Notes under the pieces: generated by a model
The model's database searches: none
The model's input: the letters and a program-made list of their open reading frames with translations, nothing else
Told to the model about the DNA's origin: nothing
Part shown: in pieces, positions 7,049 to 14,548 of the stretch
Position numbering within the stretch: position 1 is the first letter of the stretch
How the letters are laid out: the number at the start of each line of letters is the position of its first letter
Origin: a virus
Lineage: Duplodnaviria > Caudoviricetes
IMG/VR virus record: IMGVR_UViG_3300020045_003670
Span: 1-42,857 of that record
Length of the DNA stretch: 42,857 bases
Reading direction: 5' to 3' (one strand)
Program-made: the position numbers and the translations under genes

Positions 7049-7413
7049 ACATCGCATCATTTTCAACTTATGCCAGGTTTGAAGGCCACTCGATACAGGC
7101 CAAGCTTCAAGCGCCACAAGCCGATGTTGTTTCGTTTGTCTACGCGCTACCGGAACGCAAACTCATGTCCCAAATTGCGGAAGAAGTGCTGCAACAGTAC
7201 CCACTGGTATTCATGGCCCACATTATGGGGGATAGTAGGGAGCGCAACGTATGCATGGCTCGCCAGCATATCTGGTGGCAGATCGTCAATGAGCGTCCGG
7301 ACCTGTCTATGGCTGCCATCGCTAGGAAATTTGACCGGGATAGGCAGTCCGTTGGAAATGGCATCAGAAGGCACGCGGCGCGCATTGAACGCCAGCGCAG
7401 GGGTCTAACATGA
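7045..7413 (+). CDS. DnaA C-terminal-like HTH protein
   Basis: IMGDSRERNVCMARQHIWW...SMAAIARKFDRDRQSVGNGIRR resembles Bac_DnaA_C. Confidence 0.75.
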   Translation: MNIASFSTYARFEGHSIQAKLQAPQADVVSFVYALPERKLMSQIAEEVLQQYPLVFMAHIMGDSRERNVCMARQHIWWQIVNERPDLSMAAIARKFDRDRQSVGNGIRRHAARIERQRRGLT

Positions 7414-7709
7414 ACACCTGCCCGAACTGCGGATATCGCCACGCGACTACCTACGCGCCGGAGCTGTCCGGCCTGGTGCTGCCCAATAAGCGCGCCGAGG
7501 TGCTGCTCAGGCTGCAGCAGGCCAATGGGGCGCTGGTCACGGCCGACCAGCTGATTGAAGCACTATGGGATGCCGACGATGAGCCGGAGACGGCGCGGAA
7601 CCTGGTGTACGGCCATGTCTCCAAGCTAAAGCGCGAGATTGCCTCTACTGGCTGGACCATCAAGAGCATGCGCCATCAAGGCTATAGACTGATTAGGATC
7701 GCAGCATGA
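7410..7709 (+). CDS. OmpR-type winged-helix protein with N-terminal CPxCG
   Basis: LVTADQLIEALW...VYGHVSKLKREI...IKSMRHQGYRL fits Trans_reg_C. Confidence 0.8.
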   Translation: MNTCPNCGYRHATTYAPELSGLVLPNKRAEVLLRLQQANGALVTADQLIEALWDADDEPETARNLVYGHVSKLKREIASTGWTIKSMRHQGYRLIRIAA

Positions 7710-7978
7710 ACCGCACCGACGCCCGCGCCTACAAATCACTCAATGGCTGGACGGCTGAATACCGAGTGTATTGGAGATCAGGATACCGCACGGTTATGAC
7801 GGACGCCACCAAGGGCAAACCGAAGCCTGTGATCTATCCGAATGCCGACAAGGCCACAATCGCCGCCTACGAGGCAATGATGGCGGAATATGAGCCGCAG
7901 GTGCTTTGCACCAAGACGATGATAAACCCGCGCTGGGCGGAAGCCGAGGCGCTGTTTTGCAAAGGAGAAACTGCATGA
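7706..7978 (+). CDS. Hypothetical phage protein
   Basis: ATGA-coupled ORF. Confidence 0.65.
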   Translation: MNRTDARAYKSLNGWTAEYRVYWRSGYRTVMTDATKGKPKPVIYPNADKATIAAYEAMMAEYEPQVLCTKTMINPRWAEAEALFCKGETA

Positions 7979-8181
7979 CCTACATTCCAGATGACATCAT
8001 GAGGGATGCTTGGCTTGCCTACTCAAGATCAGCAGTCAAGGTACTTGGGAAAATCGAAAGTAGTGTCCTCGTCAGAGTGATCGCCACCGCCATCCTTGCT
8101 GAGCGCCAACGGTGCGCTGATATCGCGCTATACTCGCCACCGCAGGATATCCACGATCTAATAACGGAGCCAGCACAATGA
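7975..8181 (+). CDS. Hypothetical phage protein
   Basis: AAGGAG SD; IATAILAERQRCA motif. Confidence 0.65.
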   Translation: MTYIPDDIMRDAWLAYSRSAVKVLGKIESSVLVRVIATAILAERQRCADIALYSPPQDIHDLITEPAQ

Positions 8182-8315
8182 CCGCTTTCCGCTGGTGGCT
8201 ATTCCACCGCCTATCTGAATTTGGCTGGTGGGTTTGCCCTGAGCCGCACAAGTCGAGACTAACCGCCAGACTGCCGACGTGGCTGGACTTGGCCGAGAAG
8301 GAGATAGAGCGATGA
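8178..8315 (+). CDS. Small Trp-rich protein (45 aa, MTAFRWWLFHRLSEFGWWVCPEPHK...)
   Basis: Translated by hand; GGAG SD; ATGA overlaps on both sides. Confidence 0.6.
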   Translation: MTAFRWWLFHRLSEFGWWVCPEPHKSRLTARLPTWLDLAEKEIER

Positions 8316-8635
8316 GCAAAGTATACGAACTACTCACCAAAGCGCAAAGCCTAATCAGTGACCCTAGTCACTGGACTAAAGGTACTTTTGCCAGGAACAA
8401 AGATGGTGAGCCCCGCATGGATGATGAAGCCGACGCCACTTGTTGGTGTTCAATGGGAGCACTGCGCAAAGTAACCAGCGCTGGAATAACTCAAGAATAC
8501 CCGCGAGCTATAATCATTCTCAGTCAAGCAGCCGATGAACATATCGTAAAATTCAACGACTCCCACACCCACGCCGAGGTCATGGCTGTTTGGGACAAGG
8601 CTCGTGACTTGGCAGAGAAGGAGAAGCAAGGATGA
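8312..8635 (+). CDS. DUF6197-like phage protein
   Basis: WTKGTFAR...CWCSMGAL...FNDSHTHAEVMAVWDKA motif. Confidence 0.7.
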   Translation: MSKVYELLTKAQSLISDPSHWTKGTFARNKDGEPRMDDEADATCWCSMGALRKVTSAGITQEYPRAIIILSQAADEHIVKFNDSHTHAEVMAVWDKARDLAEKEKQG

Positions 8636-8832
8636 AGGCCGGACAGGAGATGAAAAACGGCAAAGTCTACGGATGCCATGTTGAATTGAGTGACGACGAG
8701 GATCCGGACGGATGCGTTATCGACGCCGGGGACAATGGATATTGCATCTATGCCAAGACGCCATCAGGCCGGGAGCGCAAATCAAAATGGACATGCCAAT
8801 ATTGGAAGCAAGTCAAGGAGAAGCAAGGATGA
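8618..8832 (+). repeat. 18-bp direct repeat AAGGAGAAGCAAGGATGA (8618-8635 and 8815-8832)
   Basis: Exact match read from the sequence; spans SD plus stop/start. Confidence 0.9.
8632..8832 (+). CDS. Small Cys-containing protein
   Basis: Coupled ORF flanked by 18-bp direct repeats. Confidence 0.65.
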   Translation: MKAGQEMKNGKVYGCHVELSDDEDPDGCVIDAGDNGYCIYAKTPSGRERKSKWTCQYWKQVKEKQG

Positions 8833-9437
8833 CCGATATCACAAAGGAAATGAAGGACGCCGCCTATCGGGTACTCAAAAACTGGGGCGTTGACAGTTAT
8901 GACGCAGCCCACGAGGTGCTTTATCAGGCGATGTCGGCTAGGTCCGCTGTAGCTGAGATCGCATCGTCGCCAGAGGTAGTTATGATGGTGAAGGCCATCG
9001 CCGCGCTCACCGCCGAGCGTGACGCTCTACTCCGGCGCGTCGAGGAATTGGAGCTCTTCCTGTTCCCATATGCGAACAACAAACAGATCAGCGGCATTTC
9101 ATGGGACGGCAAGTACCTGATCGGCGATAAGGCCAGCATCTCGTTTTTCCGCGAGATGAAAAACCGTGGCGAGCAGATTGATGTTTACAAGTCTTCCTAT
9201 GACCAGAAAATAGCTGCAGCCGAGTCCACTACCACCGCGCTACGCCAGAAACTTGCCGAGGCAGTGGAAGCGCTGGAGCCGTTTGCACGTGTTGGCGGAT
9301 ATCTAACGCCGGATTGCGGGTGGACACCAGACGATGAGGTGGAGCTAATGTTTGGAGATCGCAGCCATCTTCTTTGCAACATCATCGCCGTTCACTTCAT
9401 TCGCGCAAGAGAAATTCACAGGAAGGTGAAGGCATGA
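8829..9437 (+). CDS. Hypothetical phage protein (coiled coil, Ead/Ea22-like context)
   Basis: Coupled ORF; LAEAVEALEPFA motif. Confidence 0.65.
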   Translation: MTDITKEMKDAAYRVLKNWGVDSYDAAHEVLYQAMSARSAVAEIASSPEVVMMVKAIAALTAERDALLRRVEELELFLFPYANNKQISGISWDGKYLIGDKASISFFREMKNRGEQIDVYKSSYDQKIAAAESTTTALRQKLAEAVEALEPFARVGGYLTPDCGWTPDDEVELMFGDRSHLLCNIIAVHFIRAREIHRKVKA

Positions 9438-9772
9438 AAATCAAAGCAGATGGATACGATTTGCATATGCTGTCGCTTGAGTTGTCTCATGCGAATTGCC
9501 GTGATGCAAAACTCAACATGCATATAGCCGCGCTTTTTGGCCGCGATAAGGTTTTAGACTGGACTGGCAAGTTCGAGCTTGCTGCCGACCTATTCAAAAC
9601 CGAGTTCCCAGACTGGTCGCGGGAGTGCCTTTACAATTCATGCAACGGCATAAGCTGGCATGTTCGCCACGACGAAACAGACGTATGGTTTCCCGGCAGC
9701 GGAGAGACTGACGCGCTTGCACTATGCTGCGCAATGGTCAAGGCGAAGCGCGAAGAGGATGACTGGCTATGA
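9434..9772 (+). CDS. Phage ABA-sandwich-like protein
   Basis: WTGKFELAADL...PDWS...GETDALALCCAMVKA pattern. Confidence 0.5.
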   Translation: MKIKADGYDLHMLSLELSHANCRDAKLNMHIAALFGRDKVLDWTGKFELAADLFKTEFPDWSRECLYNSCNGISWHVRHDETDVWFPGSGETDALALCCAMVKAKREEDDWL

Positions 9773-10542
9773 TGCAATTCGCAGTCCAATACATGAGCGA
9801 GGCAGATCAGAGAGCCGCAGCAATAGCCCGTAGAGCGCGTATAATGGGGCCACAGAAGGCCACCAAGGCGATCGCAACTCCTGTGACTACACAGACGGCG
9901 GAAAAGCTAAAAACCGCCACCATGTGGAAGGTAGGCTCTCCGAGATACTGCCACCATGTTTTGGCTTTCAGGGCGCAATCATCTCCAGTTGAATTCATGA
10001 GACTCATGGCCATCGACGCGGGATATACACTGGATGACATCTATGCCAAGAACACAAACCGCAAGCTTGTGGATCTGAAGAAGAAAATCGCTTATAGCAT
10101 ACACCAGAAATTTGATATCAGCCTGAGCGAAATAGGCAGGATCATGAAGGTCGATCACTCGACGGTTATCAGCCGCATCAGGACATACGGGACTGTAAGG
10201 AAGACGGCGAAAAAGGTCTACAAGGTCGTGGAAGTCTGGCAGACTGGTGTTGACGAGAAAGTCAAGGCGATGTTTGAGGCTGGCAAATCATCGGAAGCGA
10301 TCGAGGCGGAAACAGGCATCCCATCCAAAATGATCCGTGACAAAGGCCGTGAACAGGGATGGTATCTCAACCCGAGAGAGTTGGCCTATATTAGGTTCAT
10401 GCGCGAGGCTGACAAAGGGGTGATCGCACGCATGCATAGATCCGGTCTGGCTTTTGATACGATTGCCGGGAAGACTGGCTTTACCCCATTGTCGATCAAG
10501 CGCTATATTAGTGGGCAGGGCGACAAATCACCGGCATCGTAA
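9769..10542 (+). CDS. Multi-HTH protein with DnaA-C-like domain
   Basis: SLSEIGRIMKVDHSTVISRIR plus two further HTH-like segments. Confidence 0.7.
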   Translation: MMQFAVQYMSEADQRAAAIARRARIMGPQKATKAIATPVTTQTAEKLKTATMWKVGSPRYCHHVLAFRAQSSPVEFMRLMAIDAGYTLDDIYAKNTNRKLVDLKKKIAYSIHQKFDISLSEIGRIMKVDHSTVISRIRTYGTVRKTAKKVYKVVEVWQTGVDEKVKAMFEAGKSSEAIEAETGIPSKMIRDKGREQGWYLNPRELAYIRFMREADKGVIARMHRSGLAFDTIAGKTGFTPLSIKRYISGQGDKSPAS

Positions 10543-10567
10543 CAATGCGGAAGAGAGGTGAATTCCC

Positions 10568-10789
10568 ATGACAAACATTGTACCTTTTACCGGAGAGACT
10601 GTGTTGGAACTTTCGCCCGACAACGTGCTGAATTGTGCAGTTGGCGGATATCCCGGAGGCGTGTTTGTCGTCGGGTATAACGAAGACGGAGACATAGCGT
10701 TCGCGAGTTCATTCGCGGAAGCCAAGGATATTATATGGCTACTCGAAAATGCGAAGACTTGGATCATTCGGGATTATGGCGATGAATAA
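10568..10789 (+). CDS. Hypothetical phage protein
   Basis: GAGGTG SD; VVGYNEDG...FASS...IIWLLENAK pattern. Confidence 0.7.
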   Translation: MTNIVPFTGETVLELSPDNVLNCAVGGYPGGVFVVGYNEDGDIAFASSFAEAKDIIWLLENAKTWIIRDYGDE

Positions 10790-11102
10790 AGTGAGCGTTG
10801 ATGATGCGATCGATGCCGTCCGTAATAAATTGCCCGGGTGGTCATGGCGGATAGCTACTTGCTGTGTTTCCGATGACGCTTGGGTAGCGCCAGACTATAA
10901 TTGTCCCGTTCACGGCGCTTTTCTCAAGAAGCAATTCCCGGTTGGAGAAGTCGATTGGGTTGATTTGACGGATGTCGATGTTCGGCCGTCTGGAGATCCT
11001 GGATATGCACTGTTGCTATCAATGAACATTGCATTGAGGAAGATTGATGAAATGAGGGGAAAATCAGACGCGGAAATTCACACCAATCAACAGAGAGACT
11101 GA
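10782..11102 (+). CDS. Hypothetical phage protein
   Basis: Overlapping ORF with LPGWSWRIATCCVSDDAWVAPD. Confidence 0.65.
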   Translation: MNKVSVDDAIDAVRNKLPGWSWRIATCCVSDDAWVAPDYNCPVHGAFLKKQFPVGEVDWVDLTDVDVRPSGDPGYALLLSMNIALRKIDEMRGKSDAEIHTNQQRD

Positions 11103-11105
11103 ACC

Positions 11106-11711
11106 ATGGCATCCAAAGGCGAGAAGCTACGTCAACTCCGCATTCGGCAGCGATCAAACGCTGGTCGGCCAAAGAAGGAAGGCGTCGAGCGATATCCGTC
11201 TGGCGGGATCAAACGAACGGAAACAGAAAAAGAGGTTATCAGCGTGGCTGTTGAAGGACTGAAGCGAGTGCATAATCTTGATTACCGCCGCGATGGGTTG
11301 GCAAGCTACACACTTGGTCGGATTTTTCTGGATGACAAGATATCAAAGGCCGAGCTTGACGCCGGCAACTGGTACATCGGCAAGGTCATCAAATACTATG
11401 GCCTAGTCGGTATTCCATTCCCTACACCACGCGCACAAAACCTGTTCGCCGTTCGAGGACATGACGGCGATATCAGCGAGACAAGAGCGGATAGAGCAAG
11501 GTCAGCAACAAACGCAGCCATGCGCCTGAATACGGTTCTAGGATGCTGTGAGCAGGGGCCACAGGTCAAGTCTACGGTGTTCAACGTCTGCATTGAAGAC
11601 AATGAGATGTTGCGCATGATGCCAGATCACCAAATGCAATTATTGAGGCGTGGGCTAAGGGCTCTATTATTCGAGCAGGGATTGCAAACCAACCACAAAT
11701 CGGTTAGTTAA
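11106..11711 (+). CDS. Putative late-transcription regulator (Q position)
   Basis: Last early gene before a long non-coding leader; basic N-terminus GRPKKEGVERYPSG; LLRRGLRAL C-terminus; function inferred from position. Confidence 0.55.
   Translation: MASKGEKLRQLRIRQRSNAGRPKKEGVERYPSGGIKRTETEKEVISVAVEGLKRVHNLDYRRDGLASYTLGRIFLDDKISKAELDAGNWYIGKVIKYYGLVGIPFPTPRAQNLFAVRGHDGDISETRADRARSATNAAMRLNTVLGCCEQGPQVKSTVFNVCIEDNEMLRMMPDHQMQLLRRGLRALLFEQGLQTNHKSVS
11682..11710 (+). promoter_or_regulatory. Putative late promoter (pR'-like)
   Basis: TTGCAA 11682-11687, 17 bp spacer, TAGTTA 11705-11710; predicted TSS about 11717, next to the first helix of the leader RNA. Confidence 0.45.
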
Positions 11712-11716
11712 TTCCA

Positions 11717-12190
11717 AGCTGCCGATTTTGACTTAAGGCGGCGATGACAAATTAGCCCGAACGGGCAACGCTATCAGCCACAGCAACGCAACGTGATCAC
11801 AAAACTGCCTGCTGTTAGGTTGGTATAGAGGCCCGGTAGTGTTAGCGCACTGCCGGGCCGGCTTGTTTCTAGAGAGAAACAATGAAGCATATTCGCCCAA
11901 TCGGGCAACTCAGTTTGGGATGGCGAGCAGTAGGACTGCTGGAGCAGGGCAGCCGGAAGCCTGTTCGATAATTTTTGGGGATAGCCCAAGGATTTCACCT
12001 CGGAAGCTCCTCTCGTCATTCCAAAACCCAACACGCCTCTTAGCAACGGGCAACAAGCTGAGTGTCGGCCTAATGCGTCGGGCTGATAACTGCCACTAAT
12101 CGGCGCATCTGCGGTTTGAGGATACCGTTATCAAATAGCAAAAACCTCACAAGCTTTCGCCCGTCGTCCTCGCAAGTGGCGGGTTTTTCA
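11717..12190 (+). ncRNA. Candidate large structured ncRNA / late leader RNA of unknown family
   Basis: Nested helices 11720-27/12098-105, 11737-41/12090-94, 11751-60/12078-87, 11908-16/12055-63 and 11917-27/12012-22, plus six or more local hairpins. Confidence 0.6.
12159..12188 (+). terminator. Putative intrinsic terminator (tR'-like)
   Basis: GCCCGTC 12159-65 / GGCGGGT 12178-84 followed by TTTT. Confidence 0.5.
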
Positions 12191-12359
12191 GTTTCATGGA
12201 AGGCTGGACCTCCTCCCGGTATCCACAGCGGTGCCGGGTCAAAAATGCCGAGATCGTGCATTTGCATGTCACCGTGGCCAGCCCGGCCGATCCCGGCAAA
12301 GGGTCGGTTGCATAGACTGCGGAATTTCGGCGCGCTGGATTTCATTGTAGGAGTGAAGC

Positions 12360-12674
12360 ATGAGTGTTTTCCAAGATCTTTATCACAGCGAGATCAACTT
12401 TGCTGTTAGCACAGCTTGGGATCTAGGCTTTGATGTAAAGCTTGGCGATGAAATGAATGGGTACTGCGCCGAGGCAAATTTTAGGCGTTTCGGGCAAATC
12501 GAGCCGTGGCTTATCGAGCAGGCTATCAACCATTTCCCGAATAGTGAGTTTACCCGACTTTATAAGGATTGCGCCGACCTTTTTTCCTTCGCGGATAACC
12601 CAGAAGAAGGCAGTTTTAGCCGGGCATGGAGCTATCCGCCATCATCTATCTATCTGAATAAGAACGAGACATGA
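12360..12674 (+). CDS. Hypothetical phage protein
   Basis: AGGAG SD; LYHSEINF...WDLGFDVKLGDEMNG pattern. Confidence 0.7.
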   Translation: MSVFQDLYHSEINFAVSTAWDLGFDVKLGDEMNGYCAEANFRRFGQIEPWLIEQAINHFPNSEFTRLYKDCADLFSFADNPEEGSFSRAWSYPPSSIYLNKNET

Positions 12675-12832
12675 GCCCGCAGCGAGACCCGCGCTTTGAA
12701 GCCATCATCGTCAAGCTCATGGCATACTGCAAGGCAAACGGCCTGACGGCACACACGAAGATCAGCGGGCTGTCACTCATGTTTCAGAAGCGGGCGCCTA
12801 GATATTCAAGGCTGACTGGAGAGAGACGATGA
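12671..12832 (+). CDS. Small basic protein (53 aa, MSPQRDPRFEAIIVKL...)
   Basis: Translated by hand; ATGA overlaps on both sides. Confidence 0.55.
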   Translation: MSPQRDPRFEAIIVKLMAYCKANGLTAHTKISGLSLMFQKRAPRYSRLTGERR

Positions 12833-13074
12833 ACGAAAGCGACAGCGCTGCCATTGAGCTTTTTATCCGCGAATGCCGTTTTGCAAAGTGCGTTCGTACC
12901 GCGACTGGTTTTGCGATCGAGGTATGCGGAGAGATTGTTGATGTAAACTCATCCAATCCTGAGTTTCACGCGTTCGCGATTTCCAGCGCGCTGCGGATAG
13001 GCGGTGAATCTCTCCACCAAGATGAGGTTAGGAATCCTTCCGAGCATAGCGGCCATCAAACCACGTTGATGTAG
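12829..13074 (+). CDS. Hypothetical protein
   Basis: GGAG SD, coupled. Confidence 0.55.
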   Translation: MNESDSAAIELFIRECRFAKCVRTATGFAIEVCGEIVDVNSSNPEFHAFAISSALRIGGESLHQDEVRNPSEHSGHQTTLM

Positions 13075-13088
13075 TTTGGAGAGAAACA

Positions 13089-13322
13089 ATGAAGCATGTG
13101 AGAACGTGGACGAAGTGGGGATTTTGGTCCTTTGGCGTTTACAGGTACGCCACAACAGTCAGCTCCAACATGCAGGTTTCCATCGGCCCTTTCCGGTTTG
13201 AGTTTGAGAAACAGACCAGCCCTGCGCCATCTATCTCGTTTGGCCAAATGAGGCGCGAATCTTCTGGAGCCTGGCAGGGCAAGAAGAAGATGGAAAAGAT
13301 CTACGGGTCGGTAAAGCCATGA
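13089..13322 (+). CDS. Hypothetical protein
   Basis: GGAGAG SD. Confidence 0.55.
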   Translation: MKHVRTWTKWGFWSFGVYRYATTVSSNMQVSIGPFRFEFEKQTSPAPSISFGQMRRESSGAWQGKKKMEKIYGSVKP

Positions 13323-13519
13323 GCCACACAGTCGTCTATGACCAGCACGAGAACACCAAGCAGATCATGAACGCGGTCAACTCGTTCGCCCGTCATTGCA
13401 AGATTGGCAAGGTGACGCGGAAACCAACCTTGTACACCCAGCAAGGCGTCATCTGGCCGAAGCCATGGTTCGAGTGCGAGCGCGTTCCACTCGGCACCGT
13501 AGGTGTTATGTTGCTATGA
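13319..13519 (+). CDS. Hypothetical protein
   Basis: ATGA-coupled ORF. Confidence 0.55.
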   Translation: MSHTVVYDQHENTKQIMNAVNSFARHCKIGKVTRKPTLYTQQGVIWPKPWFECERVPLGTVGVMLL

Positions 13520-13737
13520 ATACCTGGCTCGCCATCCTATTCCTGCTCATCGCCTCGACAGCAACGGCAGCAGTCCGCCAGATAGACCCGATGCCGCTCA
13601 CCGAGGCAGAGAAGGCCAAGGACAGCGACCGGCCCAAAGCGCGGTGTGTGAAGCCTCACATGTTCGTCCTCGCGCTCAAGGCGCCAGGTGGCAAGATGAT
13701 TGCGGTCAAGACGATCGTGGTGTTCAGGCCGTGCTAA
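13516..13737 (+). CDS. Small secreted protein (signal peptide, two Cys)
   Basis: MNTWLAILFLLIASTATAA signal-peptide pattern; ATGA overlap. Confidence 0.6.
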   Translation: MNTWLAILFLLIASTATAAVRQIDPMPLTEAEKAKDSDRPKARCVKPHMFVLALKAPGGKMIAVKTIVVFRPC

Positions 13738-13772
13738 AGTCAGCAACCACATAAACCAAACCGGAGGCCAAC

Positions 13773-14051
13773 ATGGTCGCTACATCAAACGGGCGCTCGT
13801 CGTTCGATCTCATCGCGCCGCCGTCTGCTGGTGAGGCAATCACTCCTAGCGACACAACGACAGGCGCCAACGAATTTAGCACATTTAGCCGATATATCTA
13901 CATTGGTGGTGCGGGTGCTGTGCGTGTGATCACGACGGCCGGCAGCACTTTGACTTTCTCGGCAGTGCCTGTAGGCACAATGTTGCCAGTTCAGGCCAAG
14001 CAGGTATTAGCTACAGGCACGACAGCAACAGATATGCTGGCGCTGTGGTAA
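13773..14051 (+). CDS. Head-spike base protein, RcGTA Rcc01079-like family
   Basis: LIAPPSAGEAITPSD...RYIYIGGAGAVRV...TFSAVPVGTMLPVQAKQVLATGTTATDMLALW; GGAGG SD. Confidence 0.8.
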   Translation: MVATSNGRSSFDLIAPPSAGEAITPSDTTTGANEFSTFSRYIYIGGAGAVRVITTAGSTLTFSAVPVGTMLPVQAKQVLATGTTATDMLALW

Positions 14052-14212
14052 TGATGACGATTGCGGAGAAGAAAAAATCTGCCGCACGGGCAATCAAGAT
14101 GACGCCTGCGCGGGCGCTATGGATCGGCGATGACGGCATTCTACGCCGTGGGCACAGCAGCGACATGATACAAATGTTAGAGGACTTGGGCATTCAAACA
14201 GCCGGCTACTAG
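14051..14212 (+). CDS. Small hypothetical protein (53 aa)
   Basis: TAATG coupling; translated by hand. Confidence 0.4.
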   Translation: MMTIAEKKKSAARAIKMTPARALWIGDDGILRRGHSSDMIQMLEDLGIQTAGY

Positions 14213-14451
14213 AGATGCAGGTATCGCCTCAGAACTGTGTTCATAAGCACCTGCCAACCATCTCCAGTCGCTCGATAGCCAGCGATAACATCAGGATCAA
14301 GACGAAGGGTTAGAAGCTGCTTGGCGGTCCCGGTCTTCGGTCGCCCGCGCTTTGCCATCTCACTCGCTTCTGTAGCGGCTTTAATCAGCCGTTCCCCAGC
14401 GGTTTTAGGCTTAACGACAGGCTTTGCATCTACTCGGTATTTGATACCCAT
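14209..14451 (-). CDS. brnA: BrnA-family antitoxin (no adjacent toxin)
   Basis: RGRPKTGTAKQLLTLRLDPDVIAGYRATGDGWQVLMNTVLR is the BrnA RHH signature. Confidence 0.85.
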   Translation of the reverse strand: MGIKYRVDAKPVVKPKTAGERLIKAATEASEMAKRGRPKTGTAKQLLTLRLDPDVIAGYRATGDGWQVLMNTVLRRYLHL

Positions 14452-14548
14452 GAGAAACCCTTTTCCGTAACTACGGCGATGATACCACGCCGGAATCAGA
14501 CGTACTACAAAAAATAACAGCACCAACTCCAGAAGAGAGTGCAGGTAA

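Noticed and set aside
11755-12054. CRISPR array
   Set aside because: Repeats are only 8-15 nt with ~130-nt intervening segments; no cas genes
11711-12360. tRNA genes in the late leader
   Set aside because: No cloverleaf with a TTCGA T-loop and acceptor stem found
11774-12409. ORFs 11774-12046(-), 11839-12099(+), 12070-12345(-) and 12116-12409(+)
   Set aside because: No convincing SD or coupling, no protein-like motifs, and the sequence is explained by extensive base pairing
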